Positions 28,459-38,581 of a DNA stretch of 64,000 nt are shown here, one piece after another (within the stretch, counting starts at the first letter, position 1; each line of letters begins with the position of its first letter). The stretch is from Microgenomates group bacterium Gr01-1014_7 (GTDB lineage: Bacteria > Patescibacteriota > Microgenomatia > Daviesbacterales > UBA10151). A model generated the notes under the pieces. That model did not search any database, was not told where the DNA came from, and worked only from the letters and a program-made list of their open reading frames with translations. The DNA lies in the NCBI GenBank assembly GCA_007376405.1, contig VMGD01000003.1, positions 336 through 64,335 of the forward strand, read 5' to 3'. Position numbers and translations under genes: made by a program.

Positions 28459-29262
28459 ATGGCTAAGACTTTGGTTACCCATATTAATCCGCATCTGGAT
28501 GATATTTTGGGAATTTGGCTGTTTAGAAAATATCATCCTGGTTTTAAAGATGCCAATTTGGAATTCATCTCCGCATCCCGCGAAAATAATGAATCCGCAG
28601 ATAAAATTTACATAGGCACAGGAGGAGGGAAGTTTGATGAACATAAAGAAGGTTTGGCAACCTGCGCAGGATCACTCGTTTTTGAATATTTGAACCGGGA
28701 AGGGTTTATTCCTCAAGATCAAGTAATTCAAAAAGCTCTGGGAAGATTAGTGGAATGGAATAAACTGATAGATACCGGGCAGGCCCCTGATTCGGAGTTT
28801 GATGAATTCAGCGTTCAATCATTGATTAGGGTAAGGGATAATTCTCCCGATAGTTCAAAAAGAGCAGTTGAGTTGGGAGAAGAACTTCTAAGCAGGATAT
28901 TACAGGTGTTAAAAAGAAAACAACAGGCAATAACTGATTGGGAAAAAAGAGTGGAGTTTGAATCAAAGTTTGGAAAATCATATGCGGTTGTCTCTGAAAC
29001 CATCAACAGAGAATTTTGCCGGGAGCAGGATGGGGATTTGTTTTTAATGTATGATCCGCGCTACAAATCAGTCCAGTTTTTTGCACCAGTTAAAGATATT
29101 GCGGAAGTTTTTTCAAAAGTTAAAAGTTTAGACCCGCAAGCTTCCTGGTTTTTGCACCAATCCCACCATATGGTTATTTGCGGTTCATCTTCCGCCCCGG
29201 AATCAAAGCCTACCAGATTGACCCCTGAACAACTAATAGAGATAGCAAAGGGGGTGAGCTAG
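28459..29262 (+). CDS. MYG1/DHH-like metal-dependent hydrolase
   Basis: THINPHLDD, GGKFDEH, WFLH motifs. Confidence 0.55.
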   Translation: MAKTLVTHINPHLDDILGIWLFRKYHPGFKDANLEFISASRENNESADKIYIGTGGGKFDEHKEGLATCAGSLVFEYLNREGFIPQDQVIQKALGRLVEWNKLIDTGQAPDSEFDEFSVQSLIRVRDNSPDSSKRAVELGEELLSRILQVLKRKQQAITDWEKRVEFESKFGKSYAVVSETINREFCREQDGDLFLMYDPRYKSVQFFAPVKDIAEVFSKVKSLDPQASWFLHQSHHMVICGSSSAPESKPTRLTPEQLIEIAKGVS

Positions 29263-29263
29263 A

Positions 29264-29428
29264 ATGTGTTACAACTGCGGATGCGGGATGCCTGATGATG
29301 ATATGGGCGATCCAAAAAATATAACCAATAAAACCTTTGAAGAAGCAGCTAAAGCTTCCGGCCAAACAGTAGAACAGGCCAAAAAAGAAGCTTTGAAACT
29401 GCTTAAAAAGGAGTTGGGGGAAAGTTAA
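29264..29428 (+). CDS. 54-aa Cys-rich small protein (not in ORF track)
   Basis: MCYNCGCGMPDDDMGDPKNITNKTFEEAAKASGQTVEQAKKEALKLLKKELGES*; starts 2 nt after the upstream stop. Confidence 0.65.
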   Translation: MCYNCGCGMPDDDMGDPKNITNKTFEEAAKASGQTVEQAKKEALKLLKKELGES

Positions 29429-29477
29429 AAGTTACTAGACTTGCAAAGATATCCTATAGAATGTATAATACTGGTTT

Positions 29478-30335
29478 ATGGAGACTTATCAGCCGGGAAA
29501 GTTACGCCCGGAAGTGGCAAATCCACAGCCTGCCAGTAAGGCTGAAGTTATTGCTACAGAATTATTAACCTTCCCGCGAATCTTTCGGGATAAAATCAAA
29601 GAGTGGAGAAAACCGCTGGCTGTCGGCGGAGCTGTGCTGACTATTACTGCCGTTTTGGCACTGGGTTACTGTAATTTACCCAAAAGCGCATCCAAAACGG
29701 AATTAGCAGTTACTCAATTGGGGCCGGAACAGGAAGTTCCTTATTTGGGTTTAACCAGGGAACAGTATTCTGATTACCAGAATTTATCTCCCGGTATGGT
29801 CGCAACTTTTGACGGAGGAGTGCTTGTAAATACTTCCAATGGTGTAACGCTTAGTGTTTTTAATAACAGGTTAAGTAAACTAAGTCACGATCCACGGATC
29901 GGTATTGGTGCGAAAGATGACATCTCCGTTGTAGTATACTTTTCGCCGTTCTCCGTATTTACCGGAGAGGCTTTGGAAAGAAGCAGTCAAATATGGCAGG
30001 ATCAAAAGGATCAAATTAGAGAGCGCTATGATTCCGATCAGAGAAAAACCACTAATCGTTTTTCAACCAATATTATATCCCTTAAGGATAGATTTATCAC
30101 CTATTTTATAGATAAAGATCCGTCTTTAAGGAGATCAGTCAGTGATTTTAGGGAACCCTTAAGCGAACTGCTGTCACTGGATTGGGCAGCGATCATGAGA
30201 AATCAGTTATCTGCTGAAAGAGGACAAGGTTCAGCTTCTTTAACTAAAGAGGCACAGGCAATTGTAATGAGGGAAATACCGATTCAAGTTTCAGCTATTG
30301 AACCGTCTGTTTTTCAGCAATTAGGCTTGGATTAA
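29478..30335 (+). CDS. Hypothetical membrane-anchored protein
   Basis: 285-aa ORF with one TM segment; TATAAT upstream. Confidence 0.6.
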   Translation: METYQPGKLRPEVANPQPASKAEVIATELLTFPRIFRDKIKEWRKPLAVGGAVLTITAVLALGYCNLPKSASKTELAVTQLGPEQEVPYLGLTREQYSDYQNLSPGMVATFDGGVLVNTSNGVTLSVFNNRLSKLSHDPRIGIGAKDDISVVVYFSPFSVFTGEALERSSQIWQDQKDQIRERYDSDQRKTTNRFSTNIISLKDRFITYFIDKDPSLRRSVSDFREPLSELLSLDWAAIMRNQLSAERGQGSASLTKEAQAIVMREIPIQVSAIEPSVFQQLGLD

Positions 30336-31189
30336 TTTTTATCTCTGGCTTTTGCCCAGCTTAATTTTCTTTGATCAGCCAACCATCTTTGGTAAGCATC
30401 TTTGATAGGCTTGGGCAGTTGTCGAAACAGATCTGCAAAGGGAATTTCAGTCATCTGCTCCGGCAATCTCGAATTGCGTTTCCTGGCTTGGCTCCATCGG
30501 TCTTCAGTTTCAACCACAAAGTCTCCAAAATTATCAGGATGATAAGTTGGGTCACTGGCGAATTTTTGGCCAAATAACCTGGCTAGAAAATCTTCTCTCA
30601 CAGGTACAACTTTTAAATAGTCAACTTCTACATCAAAATGGCCAACCAGTATTGTTTCTGCTGTGGATAAAAACCTCTCTTCACTTGATCTTAATTGATC
30701 TCTTTCAATTTGCAAAATGAATCTTTTTGACCGGAGTTCTTCAGAAGAATTTTGGAAATGTATTATTGCTTGCCTGTGGGTTTCCTCAGCTTGTGATTGT
30801 TCTGTACTAAGTGGTGCTAACCAGGGATGCTCGGGAAGTCCCCAAATCCTTCCCAAAACAGGCACACTGTGTAATCCAACCCTCAAATTACCAATTTCTA
30901 CAGCTAACATGCCTTTACTGCCATCTCTTCTGGCCCTGGCCATAAAATCTAAAGTTTTAGCTCTGCGGGCCGAAACGTCATCTATCCGGTCGTGAGCCTC
31001 GGTTACCTGCTGTTGTATAGAAGATTGAAGCTGATCTATTGCATCAGTATTAAAAGCCAAAAGACGATCTTGCCTCAAAATCACTGTTGCCTGTTTAGAA
31101 ATCTGCGGTCTTTGTTCTTCTGTCAGGACAGGTTGAAGTATTTTTTCTAGGATGACAACTTTTCCTGCCATTTCTTCCGGATTTATCAT
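30332..31189 (-). CDS. Hypothetical coiled-coil protein
   Basis: 285-aa ORF with TTGACT..TATAAT upstream on the minus strand. Confidence 0.6.
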   Translation of the reverse strand: MINPEEMAGKVVILEKILQPVLTEEQRPQISKQATVILRQDRLLAFNTDAIDQLQSSIQQQVTEAHDRIDDVSARRAKTLDFMARARRDGSKGMLAVEIGNLRVGLHSVPVLGRIWGLPEHPWLAPLSTEQSQAEETHRQAIIHFQNSSEELRSKRFILQIERDQLRSSEERFLSTAETILVGHFDVEVDYLKVVPVREDFLARLFGQKFASDPTYHPDNFGDFVVETEDRWSQARKRNSRLPEQMTEIPFADLFRQLPKPIKDAYQRWLADQRKLSWAKARDKN

Positions 31190-31260
31190 AAATGAATTAT
31201 ACTTAATTTATACCCCATAGTCAAATGAAGATTAGTTTAGTATCTGTTACAATGTAGATT

Positions 31261-32403
31261 ATGAAAGTAGCTTTGGCTCATGATTTTTTAAGGGAATATG
31301 GTGGGGCAGAGCGGGTTTTGGAAGTACTCCATGAAATTTTTCCGGATGCTCCCGTGTATACCACCTATGCGAATTTGGATGCCATGGGGGAAAATGGTAA
31401 AAGGTTTAAAAGTTGGGATTTGAGGCCCTCGTGGTTTCAGAAGTTTCCCTTTGCCAATCAGTTGCTGTCTCCATTCCGTATATTTGCCCCGTTAATGTTT
31501 GAAAGCTTTGATTTATCCGAATATAATCTGGTAATTTCTTCCTCATCTGCTACACATTTGGCTAAATCAGTCATCACCAGGCCGGAAACGTTGCACATAA
31601 GTTACATTCATACCCCCCCGCGGTTTTTATATGGTTATACCACCTCTTTTAATTATAAAAAGAGATGGTGGACCAGGATTGGAGGGGAGATTATAAATCA
31701 CTTCATGAGAATTTATGATTTTGAGGTTTCCCAGAGGCCGGATATTTTAATAGCCAATTCTAAAAATGTGCAATCCCGGATTAAGAAATTTTATAGGAGA
31801 GATTCTGTAGTAATATATCCGCCGGTTGATCTAGAAAGTATTAAGTATAGAGTATTAGGTATTAAGGGTAAGAAAAAAGATTATTTCTTAGTTTTAAGCA
31901 GATTGACCAGAGGCAAAGGTGTGGATGTAATAATTGAGGCATGTGCTAGATTAGGTCTGCCTTTAAAGATAGCCGGAACAGGTCCGGAATTGAAAAGTTT
32001 AATGTTTAAAGTTAAAAGTGAAAATTTAAATAATATAGAATTTCTCGAATGGGTGTCGGATGAGGAAAGGATTAAACTTTTGCAGAATGCCAAGGCTTTG
32101 ATTGTGGCTTCCGAAGATGAGGATTTTGGCATTACCTCAATTGAGGCTCAAGCAACAGGAACCCCGGTTATTGCTCCCGCATCGGGAGGATTTTTGGAAA
32201 CTGTGATTGATCAAAAAACCGGTTTGTTGTATGATGGTTCGGGTCAAGTAACTGTAGAAAGTTTGGTTGAGGCTTTACAAAGCTTTGATTCACAGGAGTT
32301 TAAGATAGACGATTTGCTAAAAAACGCTGAAAAATTCTCTAAAGAAAGGTTTAAAAAAGAAATTTTGGATTTGGTTGATAAAAATTTAAAAAATTATGGT
32401 TAA
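31261..32403 (+). CDS. GT4 glycosyltransferase (mannosyltransferase-like)
   Basis: HDFLREYGGAERV, YIHTPPR, EDFGITSIEA. Confidence 0.9.
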   Translation: MKVALAHDFLREYGGAERVLEVLHEIFPDAPVYTTYANLDAMGENGKRFKSWDLRPSWFQKFPFANQLLSPFRIFAPLMFESFDLSEYNLVISSSSATHLAKSVITRPETLHISYIHTPPRFLYGYTTSFNYKKRWWTRIGGEIINHFMRIYDFEVSQRPDILIANSKNVQSRIKKFYRRDSVVIYPPVDLESIKYRVLGIKGKKKDYFLVLSRLTRGKGVDVIIEACARLGLPLKIAGTGPELKSLMFKVKSENLNNIEFLEWVSDEERIKLLQNAKALIVASEDEDFGITSIEAQATGTPVIAPASGGFLETVIDQKTGLLYDGSGQVTVESLVEALQSFDSQEFKIDDLLKNAEKFSKERFKKEILDLVDKNLKNYG

Positions 32404-32408
32404 CTACT

Positions 32409-32993
32409 TCAGTGAGTTTTTGACAAAACATGCATTAAAGTTGACTGTTCTCTTTCAGGCAATAGAACTTCAATAGAATCAGTAAGCTCTATGGTGCCAG
32501 AATTCTTCATTCTATGTACTATCTCATCGCTTAGTAGTATATCAATTCTTCTCTGTCTGGCAACCTGGGCAATTTGTAAAGCTTTATTGACCGGAACTCC
32601 TACAGGACCATACTGAATTCGCTCCTTGCTGCCCACGTTTCCCACGAACACTCTACCAGTATCTATGCCAATACTGACAGCTAATGGATGCCTGGTTAAT
32701 TGGATAATTTCTCTTGCCGCATTTAATGCTCGTAAACTGTGATCGGGCTCGGGCTGTTGGGATGAATCAAACCACGCAACCAGTCCTCCTTCGTTTTGAA
32801 TATAATAGTTTATTTCCCCATCCTGCTTATGAATGATAGCAACCCGAGATGGATAAAATCCATTTAAAAAGTTGGTTTGGTCAGCGGGAGATAAGGTTGC
32901 AGTAAGTTCATCTATGTCCCTAAGGACAAGAGCCAGTACTGTTATTTCTGATATGTATCCATTGCCAGGTTTAAGTTCAATCTCTTGGAGCAT
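32409..32993 (-). CDS. Stand-alone degenerate class III nucleotide cyclase domain
   Basis: SIGIDTGRVFVGNVGS..YGPVGVPVNKA; GD motif lost. Confidence 0.7.
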   Translation of the reverse strand: MLQEIELKPGNGYISEITVLALVLRDIDELTATLSPADQTNFLNGFYPSRVAIIHKQDGEINYYIQNEGGLVAWFDSSQQPEPDHSLRALNAAREIIQLTRHPLAVSIGIDTGRVFVGNVGSKERIQYGPVGVPVNKALQIAQVARQRRIDILLSDEIVHRMKNSGTIELTDSIEVLLPEREQSTLMHVLSKTH

Positions 32994-33074
32994 AACACGT
33001 TTTATATAGCACTATTGAGCTAAAATGTCAAAGTTGACAAAAAAATAAAGGTAGGATAGTGTAGACTGCGCTTC

Positions 33075-34037
33075 ATGAATCAGATAAAAAAATATATAAC
33101 CCGGGCTACGGAGCTTACTGCTATTTCCGTTGCAAGACTTATTAAAGAGCATGGTTTTTCTCCAAACGATCTTTTAACAGAAGAAGAATCCATTAAAAGA
33201 GAAAGATTAATTGATCAGGCAGGAGCAGATGCCATGTATGTGGCACTTACCGATATCCCCTTTGTTTTGCGGGTGGTGGGTAGCGAAGGCAGAAAACATG
33301 TTCATCAATACGGGGAAGCTCTCCCTACTCTTCAGGGGACGTTTGGTTCTGGAGATTTAAAATTGGACTGTGTTAATGATGTGGTGGAGGGCAGTAAAGC
33401 TGCCAAGTTAAATACTCCCGGGGCAGTTTCCGTAATTGCGCTTTCTACACATAATGGTTTAATGGCAACACCCATTGATATAGATTACATGGATAAACTG
33501 TTTGGACCTCCACAGCTTGATGGCAGGATTTCCATGAAAAATACTGTTGAAGAAAACTTAGCAGAAGTAGTGGATGTATTTAAAGTAAATCCTTCTGAAA
33601 TTAATGTAGTAATTCTAGATAGGGAAAGGAATGCTCATTATATAAATGCCTGCCAAAAATTTGGAGTCAATTTAATCCTAATTAAAGCGGGGGATTTTCT
33701 TCCCTCGATATTATCTTTTATTAATCCGGATATTTCTGGAAAAGGAGTCCATTTAATAATGGGAAGTGGAGGATTTGAAGAAGGAGTGATGGCAGCTGTT
33801 GCGGGGAAAGTTTTAGGGGGAGCTTGCCAGGCACGGGGCTGGTCAGCAGATAAAGAGATTCAAAGCAGATACAGTAAAGTTTGGACAATAGATGATTTGG
33901 TTCCCGGTAAAATAAGAGACTGCCTGGTATCAATTTCCAGCATAACAAGAGATAATAAATGGTTTGATTTGCCCCCACTCTCTACCTTGACAGTGTCGGA
34001 AGATGGTGTAAAAATAGTTAAGACAATTCATCGTTAA
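33075..34037 (+). CDS. glpX: Class II fructose-1,6-bisphosphatase
   Basis: RATELTA, VGSEG, DVVEG, YMDKL, LDRER, GGFEEGV. Confidence 0.8.
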   Translation: MNQIKKYITRATELTAISVARLIKEHGFSPNDLLTEEESIKRERLIDQAGADAMYVALTDIPFVLRVVGSEGRKHVHQYGEALPTLQGTFGSGDLKLDCVNDVVEGSKAAKLNTPGAVSVIALSTHNGLMATPIDIDYMDKLFGPPQLDGRISMKNTVEENLAEVVDVFKVNPSEINVVILDRERNAHYINACQKFGVNLILIKAGDFLPSILSFINPDISGKGVHLIMGSGGFEEGVMAAVAGKVLGGACQARGWSADKEIQSRYSKVWTIDDLVPGKIRDCLVSISSITRDNKWFDLPPLSTLTVSEDGVKIVKTIHR

Positions 34038-35026
34038 TGGATATAAACATACTTAAACAAACAGTTCAAGCTTTACTTGCTCCCACAAAAGGAATCCTGG
34101 CTGCTGATGAAAGTTCCGGTACTATCAAAAAAAGATTCGAAAAAATTGGCTTGGAAAGTAGTCCTGATACTAACTTAGCCTACAGGAAAATGCTTTTTAC
34201 CACCCCGGGAATTGAAGAGTATCTTTCAGGAATAATTTTGTTTGATGAAACAATCAGACAAAGTATTGACGGGAAATCCGTTTCGGAATATCTAGAAAGT
34301 AAGGGTATTATTCCGGGGATAAAAGTAGATAAGGGTGCAGTTGATTTACCTAATTTTCCCGATGAGAAAATAACAGAAGGTCTGGACGGGCTTAAAGCCA
34401 GATTGGAAGAATATGCGGGAATGGGTGCCAAATTTGCCAAATGGAGAGCGGTAATCAAAATTGGTGAGGGAATTCCCACAGACACTTGTTTGTATTCAAA
34501 TGCAGAAGTTTTGGCAAGGTATGCAGCCATTACCCAAAATGCCGGATTGGTGCCGATAATTGAGCCTGAAGTTATCAGGGATGGATCACACGATCTTAAA
34601 AAAGACGCTGAAGTTACCGCGGAAGCTTTAAAAGCAGTTTTTGAAAGAATTGCTGCTCATAAAATTGCACTTGAAGGTTTAATCCTGAAAACTAACATGG
34701 TAACTGCTGGTGAGGATAACCCGAACCAGGCCAGCCCGGATGAAGTTGCCAAGGCAACTATAGATGCGTTTTTAGAGTCAGTACCGAAAGAGTTACCGGG
34801 GATTGTATTTTTATCCGGGGGGCAGCCTCCTGAGATGGCCACTGATAACTTAAATACAATAAGTAAAATTGGCGGACCATGGGAGCTAAGTTTCTCTTTT
34901 GCCAGAGCACTGCAGGGTGAGGCAATGGAATTATGGGCAGGTAAAGATGAAAATCTGGAGTCTGCTCAAAAAGCCTTTCTTGAGCGGGCCAAAAAAGTCT
35001 CCCTTGCCCGAGCGGGCAAACTATAA
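34037..35026 (+). CDS. fba: Class I fructose-bisphosphate aldolase
   Basis: GILAADES, GIKVDKG, FAKWR, IIEPE, FLSGG, FSFARAL. Confidence 0.95.
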   Translation: MDINILKQTVQALLAPTKGILAADESSGTIKKRFEKIGLESSPDTNLAYRKMLFTTPGIEEYLSGIILFDETIRQSIDGKSVSEYLESKGIIPGIKVDKGAVDLPNFPDEKITEGLDGLKARLEEYAGMGAKFAKWRAVIKIGEGIPTDTCLYSNAEVLARYAAITQNAGLVPIIEPEVIRDGSHDLKKDAEVTAEALKAVFERIAAHKIALEGLILKTNMVTAGEDNPNQASPDEVAKATIDAFLESVPKELPGIVFLSGGQPPEMATDNLNTISKIGGPWELSFSFARALQGEAMELWAGKDENLESAQKAFLERAKKVSLARAGKL

Positions 35027-35041
35027 TACAATTACGTTATT

Positions 35042-35236
35042 ATGATAAAAGCTAATCTTGCAAAGGTCTTAAAAGGTTATACTTCCGGATGGGTTTCTAT
35101 TTCTAAAGATTATAAAAAGGTCCTTGCTTCAGGTAAAACCTTAACTACCTTAATTAAGAAATTAGAAAAGATGGGTAGCCCGGATGGATATTTAATGAAA
35201 GCAGCAAAAGATTATTCCGGATATGTTGGCTCATGA
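35042..35236 (+). CDS. DUF5678-like small protein
   Basis: Y.SGWVSIS.D.KKVLASG pattern; overlaps the protease start (ATGA). Confidence 0.6.
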   Translation: MIKANLAKVLKGYTSGWVSISKDYKKVLASGKTLTTLIKKLEKMGSPDGYLMKAAKDYSGYVGS

Positions 35237-35685
35237 AACCAATTCAATTGGCCTCACCAATTAAGGTTTGGTATAAGCCGCTCCCGCGATTTCCCAGAAT
35301 TTCCTGGCCTATTATAGATATTAGACTTTCTCATGGAAATAGAAGTTTACCTCAACCAGTTCTGGCACTGGTTGATTCCGGGGCAAGCTTTTCTATTTTA
35401 CATGTTGAAGTTGCCAAATTTTTAGGATTTGATTTAAAAAAGCTGGGTAAACCGCAACCAATAGGCATATCAGTCAGCGGTTCATATAGAACTTGGATTT
35501 TACCGGAACCTATTACCGTCAATATTTATGGATTTTCCTTTGAGTTTAATTTTTCAGTGATAGATAATCCCGGATTAATTTGGCCATGTATTTTAGGTGA
35601 AGATAGTATTTTCCAGGCCGCAAAACTTGATTTTCAAAGATTTAAAGGATATTTTGAAATCCGCTTTAGGCAGGATAGGAATTAG
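35233..35685 (+). CDS. Retropepsin-like aspartyl protease
   Basis: ALVDSGA, CILG..IF. Confidence 0.75.
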   Translation: MKPIQLASPIKVWYKPLPRFPRISWPIIDIRLSHGNRSLPQPVLALVDSGASFSILHVEVAKFLGFDLKKLGKPQPIGISVSGSYRTWILPEPITVNIYGFSFEFNFSVIDNPGLIWPCILGEDSIFQAAKLDFQRFKGYFEIRFRQDRN

Positions 35686-35739
35686 TTATCTAAGATTTTT
35701 GCTTGATATTTAGAAGTCAGGTCTTTAAAATAAGAATAT

Positions 35740-36222
35740 ATGGCTGATCCAAATTCCCCGGAATTTAGTGAAACACCAACAGCAGATGCAGCAGAAGAAT
35801 TTTTGAGAAATGTAAGGGAAATTCACGCTATACAAAGAGCCAATAACACAATTGATCCCGAAGCAGCGAGAACTCAATGTAAGGAATTCGCTCAATTAAC
35901 TGAAGAAATCATGCAACAAGTTCAAAGCCTGCCTCCGGATGATTACCCCTTTGATACTAAGATTCCAGGCATTCAGGTTATAGAATTAGGAACGCAGCGA
36001 GCTATTGGGATTAATACCAAAGAAGCAACAATCCCTTTTAACCCTCTTCTTATAAGAGATCTTGTAATAATAGGAATTCCAAGTAGAGATTTACCATATT
36101 ATTCAGAGTGGGTTGTCCCGAAATATGTAATACAGGTAGAGCATAGAACAGAACCTGGGATGATCCCTCCTTTTCGGTCTACTCCAATTGAAGGAGATCC
36201 TCAATCTTATCTTGCCGGATAG
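35740..36222 (+). CDS. Hypothetical protein
   Basis: 160-aa ORF with TTGATA..TAAAAT upstream. Confidence 0.55.
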   Translation: MADPNSPEFSETPTADAAEEFLRNVREIHAIQRANNTIDPEAARTQCKEFAQLTEEIMQQVQSLPPDDYPFDTKIPGIQVIELGTQRAIGINTKEATIPFNPLLIRDLVIIGIPSRDLPYYSEWVVPKYVIQVEHRTEPGMIPPFRSTPIEGDPQSYLAG

Positions 36223-36397
36223 AACACATTCGGGAGCAGAGGAGAGGTATTATGCTTTCGGTATTACTAACAGAGGACGTTATCTTCTAGTTTCCTTTAC
36301 CTTGAGGGGAAAACAGGAAGATCGGATTCGTCCTATTATGTCGCGGGAACAGACCAAAAAAGAGCGATTGTACTATCATAAAGAGAAAGCGAGGTGA
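36200..36397 (+). pseudogene. 5'-truncated BrnT toxin
   Basis: D..HSGAEERY..G.T..GR.L.VSFTLR..RIRPI; N-terminal FEWD..KH segment missing. Confidence 0.7.
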
Positions 36398-36401
36398 ATA
36401 T

Positions 36402-36686
36402 ATGAAGAAAAAAATACGTAAAATACCAAGATTTAAAAATGAGGATGAGGAAAGGCAGTTTTGGTACACTCATTCACCGCTGGATTATCTTGATGATCTA
36501 AAACCTGTACAATTTGATTTTTCGGAGCTGAAACCGTCAACAAAAACCATCAGCATACGGTTGCCCCAATCTATGCTTGATCAGCTAAAAAGGCTGGCCA
36601 ATAAAAAAGATGTGCCCTATCAGTCATTACTGAAAATATTTTTGGGAGAAAAGATCAAAGAAGAAACAGTTGCAGTAAGCCCTTGA
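36402..36686 (+). CDS. BrnA/CopG-like antitoxin
   Basis: IPRFKNEDEERQFW, LKPSTKTISIRL, VPYQSL. Confidence 0.85.
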   Translation: MKKKIRKIPRFKNEDEERQFWYTHSPLDYLDDLKPVQFDFSELKPSTKTISIRLPQSMLDQLKRLANKKDVPYQSLLKIFLGEKIKEETVAVSP

Positions 36687-36719
36687 CAAGGTATTTAAAA
36701 AGGTTTTTGATTAAAGTAT

Positions 36720-36944
36720 ATGGCTGTTCTTGAAGCTGAAAGAGAAATAACTCCAAGAGCGGAAGAAATTCTTACCCAATTTCCAACCAGACAATCAAGA
36801 TTAAGGGTTTTCGATGAACAAGGGTTACCTTTATCAGGAGAAGAAGCTTGGCTTATGCTTCCTGAACCAGACGAACACCCGTTACTTCGCAGTTTATTTA
36901 ATGTTGTGATAAGATTTCCTCATGCCGGAGCTTCCAGAAGTTGA
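36720..36944 (+). CDS. Hypothetical protein
   Basis: 74-aa ORF behind TTGACA..TAAAGT. Confidence 0.4.
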   Translation: MAVLEAEREITPRAEEILTQFPTRQSRLRVFDEQGLPLSGEEAWLMLPEPDEHPLLRSLFNVVIRFPHAGASRS

Positions 36945-37788
36945 AACTATCAAGTTAGGTTTACAAAAGAAAATTATTGGGCTAAAAATTAAAGAAATAG
37001 AAATTATTTCTCCTAAATCTTTTATTGGAAATGCAAAATTAGTAAAGGGTAAGAAAGTACTCAATATTTGGAGAAAAGCAAAGATTTTAGGTGTGGAATT
37101 AGACGGATCAGTAATACTATTTCATCTGAAAATGACTGGGCAATTAATATTTGACCCTTCGACTTCGCTCAGGGCAAGTAAGCGTTTAATTGGGGGACAT
37201 CCGACGCAAGATATGGTTGGGCCGCTGCCGAATAAGTCTACAAGGGTCATTCTCCAGTTTTCAGATGGATCAAAGATGTACTTTAATGATCAGCGCAGGT
37301 TTGGCTGGATAAAAGTAGTTGAAAGTTCAAAGTTAAAAGTGCAAAGTTTTTTAAAAAATTTGGGACCGGAGCCGCTGGAGGAAAGATTTAGCTGGCAGAT
37401 TCTGAAACAGAATCTTTTAAAGCATAAATCTCAACCTGTAAAGGTTACTCTAATGGATCAAAAGCTAATTTCCGGAGTGGGAAATATTTATGCCAATGAA
37501 GCCTGTTTTAATGCCAAACTTGATCCCCGGAAAAAGGTAAGCAGTTTGAGTGATGAAGAATTTAGGACTTTACATAGAGGAGTGGTTAAAGCACTCCGGG
37601 ATGGAATAAAGTATGGGGGTTCAACCAGGGCTCATTTTGTAGATAGTGAGGGCCATAAAGGCTATTTTTTAGATTATGCGTATGTTTATTGGAAAAATTC
37701 CCACCCATGCAAAATTTGTGGTACAGAAATTAAAAAGGTCCAACTGGGCGGCCGCGGCACCTACTTCTGCCCAAATTGCCAGGCTTGA
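36922..37788 (+). CDS. mutM: Formamidopyrimidine-DNA glycosylase
   Basis: MPELPEVE, HLKMTG, GVGNIYA, C-terminal zinc finger. Confidence 0.96.
   Translation: MPELPEVETIKLGLQKKIIGLKIKEIEIISPKSFIGNAKLVKGKKVLNIWRKAKILGVELDGSVILFHLKMTGQLIFDPSTSLRASKRLIGGHPTQDMVGPLPNKSTRVILQFSDGSKMYFNDQRRFGWIKVVESSKLKVQSFLKNLGPEPLEERFSWQILKQNLLKHKSQPVKVTLMDQKLISGVGNIYANEACFNAKLDPRKKVSSLSDEEFRTLHRGVVKALRDGIKYGGSTRAHFVDSEGHKGYFLDYAYVYWKNSHPCKICGTEIKKVQLGGRGTYFCPNCQA
37155..37174 (+). repeat. REP-like unit CCCTTCGACTTCGCTCAGGG in mutM
   Basis: Identical reverse-complement copy at 41439-41458 in recF; variants at 47390, 50938, 58312, 62288. Confidence 0.85.
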
Positions 37789-37824
37789 CAAAATACAGAC
37801 TGTATAATACAGTATATACAATAA

Positions 37825-38127
37825 ATGAATGTTGTTAAAGAAGTTTTAGAGTTTGAATGGGATAAAGGAAATACTGGTAAAAATTTAAAACATAATGTAG
37901 AGGATAAAGAAGCAGAAGAAACTTTTTTAGACGAACATAGGTTTATTTTTAAAGACAAATTACACTCACAGGGTGAAGAGCGCTTTAGAATAATAGGTAG
38001 AACCAGGGAAGGAAGATTATTATTTATAGTTTTTACTATACGAGGTGAGAAAGTTAGAATAATATCAGCTCGAGATATTAACAAAAAGGAGGTGTACTTA
38101 TATGAAAAAAAAGTTAGTATTACCTAA
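37825..38127 (+). CDS. BrnT toxin (DUF497)
   Basis: FEWDKGN..KH.V, HSQGEERF, RIISAR. Confidence 0.88.
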   Translation: MNVVKEVLEFEWDKGNTGKNLKHNVEDKEAEETFLDEHRFIFKDKLHSQGEERFRIIGRTREGRLLFIVFTIRGEKVRIISARDINKKEVYLYEKKVSIT

Positions 38128-38371
38128 ATTCAAAAATGAAGATGAGGAGAGAAAATTCTGGTGGAATTTAGATCTGTCGAAATATTATGAACCAGAGGAT
38201 TTGGAACCTGTTAGTTTTCCAAATTTAAAACCTACTACCAGGTCTATTTCGATTAGAATTCCGGAATATCTTTTAAATAGGGTTAAGGAAAAAGCTAATG
38301 CGATTAATATACCTTATCAGTCTCTGATTAAAGAGTATATTCACAAGGGAGTGTTAGCTTCTAAGTATTAA
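38102..38371 (+). CDS. BrnA/CopG-like antitoxin
   Basis: PKFKNEDEERKFW, FPNLKPT, IPYQSL. Confidence 0.85.
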   Translation: MKKKLVLPKFKNEDEERKFWWNLDLSKYYEPEDLEPVSFPNLKPTTRSISIRIPEYLLNRVKEKANAINIPYQSLIKEYIHKGVLASKY

Positions 38372-38395
38372 AGGGAAAGATTAAAGGAATAAATT

Positions 38396-38581
38396 ATGGC
38401 TAAATTAATTCCATTTCAAATTTATTTACCCAGGCAACTGCGTTCTGAAATTGACAAAATGCGTAAAGAAACAGGTGAGAGTCTAAGTGCTTATATGCGC
38501 CAAGCTGTTAAGGAGCGGTTAGAAGTTACCAATAATAAAGCCGATTTTCCAATGAAAGATATTAAGATAATTTCTCCTTAA
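38396..38581 (+). CDS. Orphan RHH/CopG-type protein
   Basis: FQIYLP..L..ID..R..GESLSAYMRQAV. Confidence 0.6.
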   Translation: MAKLIPFQIYLPRQLRSEIDKMRKETGESLSAYMRQAVKERLEVTNNKADFPMKDIKIISP

